A stretch of DNA of 42,951 bases from Batkoa obscura (taxonomy: Eukaryota). Both the position numbers and the translations under genes were made by a program. Location: positions 1-42,951 of the forward strand of contig JASVEC010000141.1 in assembly GCA_030770535.1 (NCBI GenBank), given 5' to 3'. Within the stretch, counting starts at the first letter, position 1. Every line of letters starts with the position of its first letter. This document shows positions 1 through 12,907 of this stretch, one piece after another. The notes beneath the pieces are model-generated. The model was not told the origin of the DNA and did no database searches. It saw only the letters and a list, made by a program, of their open reading frames with translations.

Positions 1-827
1 AAAGATGAACAATACTTGGCTAATTTAACATTCGAGCTACAGTTACAAAACGTTTTTTATAATACGCTACTAAAGTTTTCGATTTTACCAAATCACGGGT
101 TAATGACAATGATAATTTTAAAAATGAAACCAGCTTTAAACATGCCAAGTATATAAGAAATGTGTGTAGATACATTTATAATATCGTCATTTCTGGCATT
201 GATATGTTTCAAAAATTGCACTTATAAAATCTATGTTAATTTTAAGTGGATATCATTAATTACATTTAATATATTTTTTTATGTTAAGTTATAACATTTA
301 TTAATTCTACATAAAGTTAATAAATTTTTTAATAAAATACAATTTATATTTAGGTGCTAAGAATAAATTTCATGCCAGGAACTTTAAAAAGTAAAATCGA
401 AAGATCAAGGTTTAAAAATGGAATTTGAAAGGAAGGCCAATCAATTGAAACATATCTCCGGCTTATTTTTTTTTCTCCCTCTTTTAATTGCATAAAAATC
501 TATATCTGGAACGCCAAACCAATCAAACTGTACAACCTTTACACATTTAGTGGATTAATTGTTTCTAGACTCACACTTAATTTATTCCTAATAGGAAACA
601 CTCAACTTAAATGTGGATAGCCATTTATAGTGAAAAAACAAAATTTTAAAATAAGTTAAAAAATTTAGTAGAAAAACTATATAAAAGACTTGATATTACT
701 TTTCGAATTTTATTTTACTTCAACTAAACAATTTATTATTTAGTTGTTTTTAATATCCTTCTCTACTTGTCTATTTTACTAACTTAATTTGTCTTTTTTG
801 AATTTAATACTTATTTAAATATAAATT

Positions 828-2229
828 ATGGCACCACCACAAGTAATTCCAGAGATAACTACAACCACCCCAACCTTTGATAAGGAAGCTGTTAGACGTT
901 TAACAAAAAAAGGAGTGGTTACTTTAATATTTGATGAAAAGGTATATGATGTTACAAAATTTATGAAATTTCATCCAGGGGGAGATCATCTTATTAAGAC
1001 TTCTGCTGGAACTGATGTGACTGAAGTTATGATTGCTATGCATCATAAATCTATCTTAGAAACTAAACTTCCACATTATTATATCGGTGACTTTAGAGAA
1101 AACCCTTTAGAGCTTATTGACCCTATTAAGGAAAAGGAGGTTAAGCGTAAAAAGGAGTTATCTAAAGCTTATCGTGAACTTGAAGAAACTTTGATTGCTG
1201 ATGGTATCTATGAACCAAATCATCGTTTTTTATATATTGGAAAGTTTAAAGTGTATTTTACTTTTTACAACTTCTATCGCTCTTGCTTTATATGGTCCCC
1301 GCCATATCCTCAATTTTGTTGTTTCAGGTTTATTATTAACTTTAATGTGGCAGCAAGGTGCTTTCTTGGTCCATGATCTTGCTCATCGTTATGCTACTTT
1401 TGATGCCAAATTTGATTATGTTGTTGCTGTTCTTTTCAGTAACTTTTGTAGTGGAACCAGTGTAGGATGGTGGAAACACAACCACAATATTCACCACATT
1501 ATCACTAATGATCCAGAACATGATCCAGATCTTCAGCATATGCCTTTTTTTGCTTATTCAACCAAATATTTTAATTCACTTTACTCTTATTACTATGGAA
1601 GAGAAATGACCTTTGATGAAGCTGCTAAATTTATGATCTCTATCCAACATTATACTTTCTATATTATTCTCATGTTCGCAAGATTTAATTTGTATTTCCA
1701 AGGTATCAATCATCTACTTACTCGTCCTTCACCAATGCCTAGACTTGAACTTGCTTTAACTGGCTCCTTTTTTATTTGGTATCCTGCTTTACTCTCAACT
1801 TTCCCAGATTGGACTACACGTATTGTCTTTGTTTTAATTACCCATTGTCCACAAGCTATTTTGCACCTTCAACTTCTTCTAAGTCATTCTTTCATGCCAA
1901 TTGAATCCGTAGGTGATGATGATTTCTTTATCTATCGTCAACTTCGTACCTCAATCGATATTGAATGCCCTGAATATATGGATTGGTTTCATGGTGGTTT
2001 ACATTTCCAAGCACTCCATCATCTTTTCCCACGTGTACCAAGACCTCATTTCCGTAAGCTTTTAGTTCACATCAAGAAGTTCTGCTATGATAATGAGTTG
2101 GAACACCACTCTATCACATTTACTGGGGGTAACTTTGAGATGGTAAGATTACTCAAAGATGTTGCAGACCAAGTTAAATTGTTTGCCAAGGTTGCTAAAG
2201 AAGCTAGTCAACATGGACACATTCATTAA
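828..2229 (+). CDS. Cytochrome b5-fused front-end fatty acid/sphingolipid desaturase (delta6/delta8 type), split by a +1 frameshift at T6 1226-1231 (assembly error or pseudogene)
   Basis: ORF 828-1376 has the cytochrome b5 HPGG motif. ORF 1195-2229 has the three His boxes HDLAH, HNHNIHH and QALHHLFP. Removing one T from the 1226-1231 run joins them as ...GIYEPNHRFYILESLKC... Confidence 0.9.
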
Positions 2230-2529
2230 GTTAAAGCGTATAGCTTGTATTAATTCTTATTTATGGCACATAGATGATTTAAATGGTCCCTTAAGCTAAG
2301 TAAGCTATTAATTTTGTTAAGTGATCTTAACCTTAAGTATGTAATTACATGGTACCTGTTATATTATTGATCAAATCATCTTTACGCTTTGTAAACAAAA
2401 GTTTAACTGAATTTGAACGTATTTTCAAATATCTAATTACTGTTCTAAAATTATAGTATTATTCATTAATAAATTATGTTGCAATTTTTACTTTACTTTT
2501 AATTTCAAAATTTTCTATACCATCGTATA

Positions 2530-2583
2530 TATACTTTGATTTCGGGTCAACCTATACTTTGATTTCGGGTCAACCTATACTTT
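2530..2583. repeat. Tandem repeat, 23-bp unit TATACTTTGATTTCGGGTCAACC x2.3
   Basis: Exact copies at 2530-2552 and 2553-2575, plus a partial copy at 2576-2583. Confidence 0.9.
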
Positions 2584-3270
2584 AAACCCCAGATCTAAAA
2601 GCTAGGTTGATCTGGATACTAGATCAAAATTTTTGTTTTGTATTGTATGAGTTTATAGCTACTATTTTTTAATTTATATATGATGAAACCAATTATTAAT
2701 CACTTTTAAAAGTTAATATTATATATACTTTAAGTACTTATCGTTACTGTTAGAACTACATTTAATTTGATGAAGGTACTATTAAGTTTCTACTTTAAAA
2801 AATCAATCTTCATATAACTAAATTACCATTATCTTAAACCAAAAAGTTTATATTCACACCTTTAAATGAATCTACTATATAAAGAATAGCATGTAACTTC
2901 TGATACTTTTAATAAACAAAAATACCATCAAACTAAACTAAATAACATGTGGTTGTCAAAATAACAAATAATATACAATCTAAATAACATCAAATGGTAA
3001 ACTACTATCTATCTAAGCTCATAATTAAAATTAAACGTGTTATTTTATTCTTTTAAAGTTGTTAATTTATCATGAATAATAGTTTTTAATCTTTTTTATA
3101 TATTAAAGAAATTGTGGAGCATATTAAAATAATTGAAGTTAGAAAATTTTCAGAATAAGGAATAAGGAATAAAACATTTTTTGTGAATCTTACTTATCAG
3201 ATAGCATTAGGTGAACGTATTAATATAATTGTTTAAAATAAATGTTTTGAGATTAGTTAGTAACCTCAAA

Positions 3271-5602
3271 CTAATCAACATATAAATTTATCGCTGACAT
3301 TGAAATCACACTTCCTCCTGGTGTAATCCCTTTAACCGATTCAAATGCCATCTGTACATCATCATCCGAATTGATTGTAATAAAATCATTATCTTCATCG
3401 CGGTAACGCATTCTAAATCCAGATGAAAGATCTTCCATCTTATTACCTCTTCTGCCTCCACAGAGCCTTAATTTTCTTTCTACTTTATCGGAAAGCTCCT
3501 CAAAATCAATCGAACTAGGTACCATAATGATAAATACATCATCTAAGTAATTGATCTTAACTTTCGTTTGGCTCGCTGTTCTATTAAGAGAAGACATCGG
3601 CCTAACATTGTTGCCATGGGGGATGTAGCCATTCATACTAACGTTATGGCTTGCACCATTACCATTGCTAGTTCTAGGTGAGTGTCCGTTTGTTTGTGTA
3701 GGCTCCCAATTACCATTAGGGCTACGTACAGCATGGATATTTGGGCTACTAGCACTTCTGTTACGAAATGAGTTGTTAGGAGAAAGCTCATCCCTCATTG
3801 ATTTCGGGATTGCTGGCAATGGGGCATGCTGTAATTTGTTCACTTGATTGTCATCTGCTGATATTGAATTAAGGTGACCTTTGCTATCATTTTTATTTGG
3901 ACTACTCGCTTTGTTTTTGGCAATGAGTTGATCTAGCAAAGGTTTCCATAATCTCACCTGTTCCTCATTACGGCATTTAAGTATTAAAATTTGCATACCT
4001 TCTGAACGCCAATATAATCTAAGAAAAATCTCACCTTCAATTGTTCTTTCTGCTACCTTTGCTAAGCTTTCCATTGGAATCTCACCTCTCAATTCAAGTG
4101 GTGGTCCAGTTACCTTCTTACTCAACTGCTTTGCTTTTTTAGATGTTGAACTTAATTCCTTGCAACATAAAATTATCTCTTCAAACATAAATATATACAT
4201 CTCTCTCTCTTTTTGATCTTTACCAACCACCATAAATTTATCATTTTGTAAAAGTTCTCCAAAATCCTCAATGGATAGCTGGTCCCAGTTTACTACTCGA
4301 TGTTTAAGATCAACAGTCAAATTAGCATTCTCTTCTTTTCTCCTCATCTCATTTACTTTTGCTGCTACTCTTTCAATTGCTTCCATACCAAGCTTCAATT
4401 CTTGAAAGTATGGATATTCTTCTTCAGAAGTGTATCTAATAAGTTCTCTTAGCAATAATGGATATTTACAAATTCTTTGGATAGGTTTAATAAGTAAAGA
4501 AGGTAGCTCATAAGTGGGTTCGACGATATGGGCCAATGGCTAAATATTTAATCAAAAAATACTTTAAATATGTAATTTTGTTACCATTAAATTAGGTGCT
4601 TCTCTAACAGCAAGGTCTGAGGCATGACCATAGTTGGCACAAAAGGGTTCATAAACTGAAAAAGCTTCTTCCTAAAGCTATTTAATAAATCATGAAATAG
4701 TTATAAAGGTAATTTACCATTGTTTGAAACAAACCACCAACACGTTGTTCGGCGGGAGCTAAGATAGCATTACACTCAACACCAATTAAAAATCTGCGTT
4801 GAAAATCCAAAAGGCTATGCAAATTAGCAAATAAATATCTTATTGTTTCTGGTGATATCACTTTTGAATTTTGGCACTCAACCATATATTCCTAACAAAA
4901 TTAAACTTTGAGCCCATCAAACTATATTGAAGTCTTACTTGTAGCTTTTCCAAATCTTGAATATATTTGCGTTCCGTTTCTAACATTTCTCTAATTACTT
5001 TACCACGATTATCCGAAGCGTCTACTTTATTTCCATTTAAATTTAAATGCGATGTATCAATCAATTTGTTCTCTTCAATGCGATCCAAAAGTAAAGACGC
5101 TGTTTTAAGTACCTAAAAAAAACCATTAAAATATTTAAAACCACTATAATTGATAGCTTACTTTGATAAAGGCGTTAGTATCGTCTTTAAAAAGATCCGT
5201 TATAGTAAAACAATCATCTTCTTTAAGATCAAGTGTTTCTTTACAATTCAACAAAAATCTGTAAACCAATGCTTTTGATGCATTTGTTGTCACTTCTGCA
5301 CTGGGTGGATAAATACTCTGTGGGTTATCCGGGCATAAGAAATTATACATTTTAGTTAACGGACTGCCTTGACGAAACGTTTTCCAAAGTAAATTAACTG
5401 GATCAATTCCCATAATGGGGTTATAAGCGTCATCTTGTTCTAATTGTTCTTTTGCAATGTTAAGATATTCTTCAATATCTGGGATACATTTAAGACGTTG
5501 AATAATGTTATTACATAATTGAAAAATAGAGGTTGGCCCAGTAGGGGCCATAGGTTTCACTTGGGTAGGTAAATCACTGCTTAGCATTTCCTGACTTGAC
5601 AT
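3271..5602 (-). CDS. CDC24: Cdc42 guanine nucleotide exchange factor Cdc24/Scd1 (CH-DH-PH-PB1), 5 exons
   Basis: Exons 5602-5162, 5112-4939, 4891-4718, 4671-4585 and 4539-3271 with GT-AG introns. Motifs: DPVNLLWKTFRQGSPL (CH), EMLETERKYIQDLE and LIKPIQRICKYPLLL (DH), MRYRDEDNDFITINSDDDV (PB1). Confidence 0.92.
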
Positions 5603-6466
5603 TTATTTCAAAAAATAAACTGATAGTATTTTTTTAAGCAAGCTTTGGCCTTTGTTGAATAGCGGGTTTAAAATACAATAGTCACAGTTATTGGACGATA
5701 TAGTTTTGGACTCCAAAGTTTAAGTTAATGATTTGTGGAAATTGGATCTGAGTTACCAATCAAATAAGGACCATTTTTAGGCTATGGTTTAAAAAAATAG
5801 AAACTTGGAGATAACTTGGTCATGTTTGGTAGCTGTTTACTTTTTTTAGAAGGTGGCTTAAATAATTTGAGGTCATTTTATGAAATTTAAATTTGAATTT
5901 CGTCATATTTTTATATTCTAAGCATAATTTCCACTTTTAAATCTATTGATAATTAAATTATTAATATCAACTTTATATTCAAATATTACCTCACACTAAA
6001 ACTGAGATAGTTTTATGTTAATTTAACACTATTGATATTAATATTAATAGGAAAATCATCGATTTTTCATTTTTATATTAAACTATTTAATAATTTATTT
6101 TAGTTTTATAGAAAATAAGAACGTAAGCATACATTGATTAAAATTCTAAAAATCTTGGACTATTAAATTATTAAATTATCAAATTATTAAACTATTAGAT
6201 TAGAAATTTAAACTATAAGTGCCTAAAATTGTTTTATTTAAGTAAGATGGTTTTCATAGCAGTATTAAGATGAGCAGAACCTATTTAAAACTTCTGATTG
6301 CATACATTTATTAAATCATTTAAAAGTGAATATCATTTTATAATAATAAAATTATTGTTATTTTGTCATTTTTTTAAATCCTTATTTTCAACTTAATTTT
6401 AAAAACAGAATCCAGCCCCCTATAAAACCTCAAAATTTAAACTCATTAGCCACATTTTTACTTTAA

Positions 6467-8101
6467 ATGGAAGAGGTTGCACATAACACATCTAGCCAAG
6501 AAGTAACCGAAGAAGATATAGAAAGCAACTTAGAATCTCAACATTTTAATGAAGTGATTCAAAGCTTTCAGCATTATGGTCATCATTACCTTCACAACCT
6601 ATTAAAAAAGAAGCAAGATTTTGAAAACCTGGTTACAGATAGTTTACAAAAAGAAACGATTTCTGATATATATAATTATAAAATTCAAAAAGTAGCCCAA
6701 GGTATTAAGTTGAATGCAGGATTTTTGAATTTAATCACTGAAGACCATCACATATTTCAAAACGAATTTCATAGTGATATTAAAGAAGTAAGCGTTCTTT
6801 TTAAAAAAATATGATTTTTAAAATTTTAGAATGTTGATTAATGTATTATTAAGATAAATGGAGGCTATTCACCAACAATAGAAAATATGGATAGGGTGAG
6901 TATTACAATAAAAATGATTGTTAGAGACTGGTCAAAGCTTGTAAGTGAATTAAAGTTTCTTAATATTTATTTTAACAAATGTGTAAATCAAATAGGGAGA
7001 AATTGAAAGAAAATTAACATACGAGCCAATCAAGGATTGTTTAGAAGCTCATTTTAAAGATTACTCTAACGAAAAAAGACATAAATTAAAAGTATTGGTA
7101 CCAGGAGCAGGTTTAGGCAGATTGGCGTATGAAATTGCTACATTGGGTAAGCTGAAATTGATAATACTAGAGTGATATAGCTAATTTACTTTTTTAGGCT
7201 TCAGTGTACAAGGTTAGAAAAATATAGTAATTAGGTTATAAAGATTTGACATTTTTTATTAATTTAAAGGGAATGAGTTTTCTTATTTTATGGTAATTTA
7301 ATTGTAATTGGAAGTTTATCTAGCTTATTCTGGTATTTTTATTTCTGATTAGTTATTGGCATCTTCATTTATGCTTAACAAGTAAGCTATTACTCATAGT
7401 AAAGTAAAAGTTTATTTCTATTTAAATCATAGGTCCCATCAAATAGAGTGTTATGATTTATATCCTTATGTAACGAATTTTTCCAACCATTTGAGTATCG
7501 AGGATTTAATTAAAGGGATCAAAGTACCTGACATTTTACCTCACGGACTTTTGCCAAATGTCGACTTTTCAATGGCAGCTGGTGATTTTGTGGAAGTGTA
7601 TACAAAAGAAGAACAACTTGGTAGGTTTATTATAAACTGGTAATCTAGTTTTTTAACTTTTTAATACTATTATTAGAATCTTGGAATTCAGTAGTCACCT
7701 GTTTTTTTATAGATACAGCCAAGAATGTATTAGATTATATACAGATCATCTTTAATTTATTAAAACCAGGAGGGATTTGGATAAACATAGGTAAACGATA
7801 GAGTAAATGACTAAGCTATTTAATATACTATTTTTTTACCAGGCCCTTTATTGTATCATTTTGAAGAGATAAGTAGTGAGCATTCAATTGAATTAACTTA
7901 TGAAGAACTCCGGTTGTTTATTTTGGCAGTTGGATTTGAGATTCATGTAATATTAAAGCACTCTCATTAGTACCACTACTGATAATTATTTAGGATGAAA
8001 AAAGAGTGGAAGTACCATATACATCTAGTTTGGATTCAATGTTAGTGCACTCTTATAACTGTATAGTATTTAATGCTATAAAGCCGAATAAAAGTACTTA
8101 A
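6467..8101 (+). CDS. CARNMT1: Carnosine N-methyltransferase (N2227 family), multi-exon with micro-exons
   Basis: Spliced translation gives [52 protein letters not shown] and [18 protein letters not shown]. Stop TAA at 8099-8101. Confidence 0.88.
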
Positions 8102-8326
8102 AGTTATATTGTTTGAGTATATTTTTGCTTTAGTATTTAATTTTTTTTTTAAATTTCAAGTTACATAAAAGAACGGACAAAATAGTGAAAACGATACTTT
8201 CATTTGTATGTAAATAAATTTAATCCCTGAATTGTAAATTATTTACTTATAACAAGTATATAAAGCACATTTAAAAGTCGCAAAATTAAATAAAAATAGG
8301 TTTATTTTGAATTACATAAATAATAT

Positions 8327-9868
8327 TTAAGCTTGTTGGGCAAGGGCTTTTTGTACTCGACTACCATACTCCTTATCTGCTTTACTAAAGTGTTCTACCA
8401 TTCTATTTTGAATTTCTTTTTTAGCACCAGAAAGATGGCCAGCAATGTTTTTAATAAGATCATCTTGTTCTTCCTTCTCTAACTTTTTGTATAAATTACC
8501 AGCTTGTACATAGTCATCATCGGTCAATGGCTGAGCATAGCGTGCGTGTACATTTTGCTTATTGCCACCTTCACGGTTAAAGTTACCATTATCTGGTTGA
8601 TTGATATTTCCAGAAGATAAAGAATTGCTTGTAATTTCTTGAGTTACCTTATCTTGACTCAATTGAGTATTAAGTGGTTTTGGTCCATCAAATGAATTTG
8701 GATAAAAGTTGGGTCGATTACCTCCGTTGCTATCGAAGGTCATAGAACCATCTCTTTGATAAGTGTTAACCTTAGCTTTATATGGGCAATTAATTGGAAG
8801 TTGGGTGTAGTTAGCACCAATACGATAACGATGAGCATCTGCATAAGCGAATAAACGACCTTGTAACATCTTATCTGGAGAAGGTTCAATACCAGGTGGC
8901 ATATTAGCAGGGGAAAAAGCAACTTGCTCCGTTTCGGCAAAGAAATTTTCTGGGTTTTTGTCAAGTACCATACGACCAACCTCTTGTAAAGGAAAGTCTG
9001 AATGAGGCCATACCTTAGTGATGTCAAATGGGTTGAAACGATAAGTTGAAGCTTGTTCTAAAGTCATAACTTGCATTTTTAATGTCCAGCTTGGATGTTC
9101 ACCTTTTTTGATGGCTTCAAATAAGTCTTCAGTTCCATAATCTGGATTTTCACCAGCTATCTTAACTGCCTCTTCATCCTTGAGGTTCTTAATACCTTGA
9201 TCGGATTTAAAATGGAATTTAACAAAATGGCATTCACCCTTATCGTTAACTAACTTAAGGGTATGACCATAATATCCATTCATAAATCTGAAGCCATCAG
9301 GAGTACCACGATTTGAAAACAAGATAGTAACCTGATGAATAGATTCTGGAGTCAACGATAAGAAATCCCAAAACATATCTTTATCTTTGAGGTTGGTTTG
9401 TGGGTTACGTTTTTGGGTATGAATAAAATCAGGAAACTTGATAGTATCTCTGATAAAAAATACTGGTGTATTGTTACCTACATAATCAAAGTTACCTTCT
9501 TCGGTATAAAATTTAACTGCAAATCCACGTGGATCACGGACACAATCGGCAGAGCCCTTCTCACCACCAACCGTGGAAAAACGTGTGAATACTGGTGTAC
9601 GTTTACCTACTTGACTTAAGAACTTTGCCTTGGTTAAATGCGAGATATCTTTAGTAACTTCAAAGTAACCATGGGCACCAGCACCTTTGGCATGGACCAC
9701 ACGTTCTGGAACCCTTTCACGGTTAAAGTGAGCAAGTTTATCAATCAAGTGGAAGTCTTGGATCAAAATACCACCATCTCTACCAGCAGTGAAAGAGTTT
9801 TGATCATCTTGAACTGGAATACCATGGGAGGTAGTAAGTACGTGTGAATTTTGCGTCTTTTCAATCAT
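8327..9868 (-). CDS. Monofunctional small-subunit heme catalase, intronless
   Basis: [17 protein letters not shown] (distal His), [29 protein letters not shown] and RLFAYADAH (proximal Tyr). Confidence 0.97.
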   Translation of the reverse strand: MIEKTQNSHVLTTSHGIPVQDDQNSFTAGRDGGILIQDFHLIDKLAHFNRERVPERVVHAKGAGAHGYFEVTKDISHLTKAKFLSQVGKRTPVFTRFSTVGGEKGSADCVRDPRGFAVKFYTEEGNFDYVGNNTPVFFIRDTIKFPDFIHTQKRNPQTNLKDKDMFWDFLSLTPESIHQVTILFSNRGTPDGFRFMNGYYGHTLKLVNDKGECHFVKFHFKSDQGIKNLKDEEAVKIAGENPDYGTEDLFEAIKKGEHPSWTLKMQVMTLEQASTYRFNPFDITKVWPHSDFPLQEVGRMVLDKNPENFFAETEQVAFSPANMPPGIEPSPDKMLQGRLFAYADAHRYRIGANYTQLPINCPYKAKVNTYQRDGSMTFDSNGGNRPNFYPNSFDGPKPLNTQLSQDKVTQEITSNSLSSGNINQPDNGNFNREGGNKQNVHARYAQPLTDDDYVQAGNLYKKLEKEEQDDLIKNIAGHLSGAKKEIQNRMVEHFSKADKEYGSRVQKALAQQA

Positions 9869-10964
9869 TTTTTAAATATATTTTTTAAAGTAAATATTAG
9901 TTTTTAACTTGTATTTATACTTTTTGCTTCCTATAAATTTATGCGAGATAATCATTAATCTAATCACCACCTTCATCAATCAAATCATTAGGTCATTATA
10001 ACTTGCACTTATTTTCTCCCTTTTGTATTTATTTTACTCATTTTTATTACAAATCTTAAGTATTAATTCATTTTTTTCATTTCAAATCTTGAATTTTGAT
10101 ATTTTAATATTAATGTTTTATAAATACTGCTCGATTGTTATAGAAATTAACTTGTTAAGAATGACGTAAAGAAACTAATTATCAAAACATTTTCATTAAA
10201 AAGTTAAAGGGGATAACTTAGACTCATTATGAAAATTATTAGTAACGAATTTTAAACAAATTTAATTTTTAGAAATATATCAAATTTAATAGTATATATT
10301 GCTCCTGTTAAAAAGAGAATATGAAAGTAACAATTGTATCTATACTAATTTTTTAAAGAATGAATTAAAATCAAGCTAGATAGAAGTTTTATTTCAAAAC
10401 AACAAGCATAAATAATGGCATTAACTTAAAACAGCTAATAGCTAAGCAGTAAATGCTATTGAAATCCCAGATTTTTACTATTTAAATATTCATTGTATAA
10501 ACTAATCGATTGTCAATTATCTTAAATTTTATCCACCTACAATAGCATCTCTTGGAATACCTTTAATATCTTAGGGAGTTCGGAGTTTGAGCTTTGATAG
10601 CATTTAGCTAATATTAGCATTTATAAGGACAAGGTATATAAAACTATATACAATTAATTGAAGTTTTGCAAGTCAATATTTTTACATTTTTACCAAATTT
10701 TTGTTTGACTTGATGTGTAGAATTCCAAAGTCACTTTCAGATTTGTAAAGATGATTTAGATTTTTGTAAAACTGCTTTAGCTTTTAATTGGTTAGATTTG
10801 AACAAGCTAAAAAATTGCCTGTATTTATGATATATATTAAACCAAAAGTTTCAAGGAATTTCTTGTCTTTTAAAAATATTTGAAAACTTCTGAAATTTAT
10901 AAGTTAAAAAATTAAATTTAAAACCTGATTAAAAAAATATTTTTTAAATTATTACTTGTTATAT

Positions 10965-11931
10965 TATAAAATATTAATATTTACTTTGATATTAAATTGC
11001 TTATTATTAGCTTATCTAAATAAATATAAATATTATAAAAGCATAAAAGGTAATTTTATGGTTTGTATTTTAGTTATTTAAATATTATCTTGCTTTATTT
11101 TTATATTAAAACTTTTGTTTATTATTATTATTAGTATAATTTCATACTCATCAAATAACTTTTTTTATGTTTTGTGTATTTTTTTAATAAACTTTTTTAT
11201 AAACTTTTAGTTTTTTATAGTTAATATAAAACAAGTAAATTTTAAATTTTAAATTTTAAATTTTCTGAACTTAATTTAATTTAAATTATATAAATAAAGT
11301 TTATTATAAATTTTGATTAACAAAAAACTAATACATAAAACTTACTTATAATATTTAAAAATAATTTTAAACTATAAGTGCTGTAAATTAATTTCTAAAT
11401 ATATGTGATGTTAAAAAAAGTTATTTGACAGTATAAAATTACAATAATAGTAATAATATAAATGACGTAAATAACATAAATAGCATAGATATATGGGGAT
11501 GTTTTTTTGGCTTCATCACTTTTTCTAAGTAAAATTCTTAAATAAAAGACACATCTCCATATAATAAAAAATGAGCCATACAAAATATCATAAACGCAAA
11601 ATACTTGTTAATAAATTATACAAAACAATAAATACAAATATGATAAAAAATAAAATAAAAAATAGAAGTTTTAATATAAAAATAAAGAAGGATAGTATTT
11701 AAATAACTAAAATATAAGCCATAAAATTACTTTTTATAATTTTGCACTAATTTACTAAATTATTTAAAGCTATTAAGTTTGAATTAGTTCTAAAGATAAT
11801 GACTTTTATACTCATAATAATTTTTTTTAATAGTTTTATAATATCTATATTCATTTAGATTAGGTAATAATAGGTAATTTAATTCAAAAATAAAAATAAA
11901 AACTTTAAAATAAAAAATACTGATATTTTAT
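10965..11931. repeat. Large decayed inverted repeat (foldback-like element) centred near 11250
   Basis: Imperfect reverse-complement pairs: 11041-11120 with 11661-11740, 10985-11040 with 11834-11888, and 11121-11167 with 11411-11458. Confidence 0.6.
11495..11558 (-). mobile_element. GGGGATGT-MITE, internally deleted copy
   Basis: GGGGATGT...ACATCTCC termini flanked by ATAT on both sides (11491-11494, 11559-11562). Confidence 0.75.
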
Positions 11932-12044
11932 AACTTTCTAAATATTGAATTTTAGAAATATGGGGGACGTTTAAACTAGTTCTAAAATTTAGTTGAAAAT
12001 TAATCCAAAATTTAAGGTTTTAAGATTATAAATTTTTAATATAT

Positions 12045-12408
12045 GGGGATGTATTTTTTTGTTTAAGAATTTTACTATAATCTTTCCACTCAAATAGCGC
12101 TTAAAAAATGGAAGAATAATCAAACCAAAAAAAACAGCCCCATATAAAGATGTATTTTTTAAAAAAATTTACTAATAGCTTTTTTATTCAAATAGTGCTT
12201 AAAAATAAAAAAAGTGATAAAGCTAAAAAAGTACATCTATATAGTTAATTAAATTAAAAAGCTGAATTGAAGAAACAAACTCGAAAAGCTTGTTTTGATT
12301 ATTTTTATTTTTTTGGGATATTTTTTGTCTTCATTACTTTTTCTATTTTCAAGCGCTATTTGAGTGGAAAGATGTTAGCAAAATTCTTAAACTAAAAAAC
12401 ACATCCCC
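12045..12408. mobile_element. Cluster of three GGGGATGT-MITE copies (12045-12141 +, ~12146-12240 + degenerate, ~12315-12408 -)
   Basis: Shared core TTTAAGAATTTTACTA...TTTCCACTCAAATAGCGCTTAAAAAATGGAA and terminal inverted repeats. The first copy has an ATAT TSD. Confidence 0.8.
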
Positions 12409-12410
12409 TT

Positions 12411-12810
12411 TGTGAAATCTGGTACTCAGGGTTTGGAGTCAAGAACAGCTATTGCTGGGTTGACTACACTATAAGTCAAAAGGTCTTAGTTTATGTGACT
12501 AAGATAGACTTGGGTTATGAGGAATAGCACGTAATAGGTTACAAGCTATATAAGACAAATAGAATAGACAATACTAATGTAAAATCTATGTAAAATACTA
12601 TTAAGAAAACTTAGTGGCTTTATTAAATGTTCGAGATATCAGGGATTAATTCAGTTAAAAAGCCTCGAACTATTATATTCTGTAAACTCTTTTATACTCT
12701 GAAAAGTATAAGTATCAAAATGAGAAGATAATATTCTTTTGGGTGGAACTAGAAATTCTCATAACAAATCAAAATAATTAACCATGGGACTGACAAAGCG
12801 ATATTTCACA
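12411..12810 (-). repeat. 3' LTR (400 bp)
   Basis: Direct repeat of 19564-19963, with no mismatch seen by eye. Confidence 0.97.
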
Positions 12811-12822
12811 TTTCCCTCCCTA
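12811..12822 (-). other. Polypurine tract
   Basis: Minus strand reads AGGGAGGGAAA immediately before the 3' LTR. Confidence 0.85.
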
Positions 12823-12907
12823 TGATTTGATATAGTGAATTTTTATGGCTTACTTACCGAGAACCTATGAGATGGAATTTGACTAGTTACAAATTGTATT
12901 CATTGAA

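Noticed and set aside
1225..1232. HIV-like U UUU UUA as a -1 programmed frameshift in the desaturase
   Set aside because: The downstream ORF is in the +1 frame, so a -1 slip cannot join the two halves.
10435..10618. Weak inverted repeat (TAAATGCTAT / ATAGCATTTA)
   Set aside because: Only ~10 bp are exact in AT-rich DNA, with no TSD or second copy in the window.
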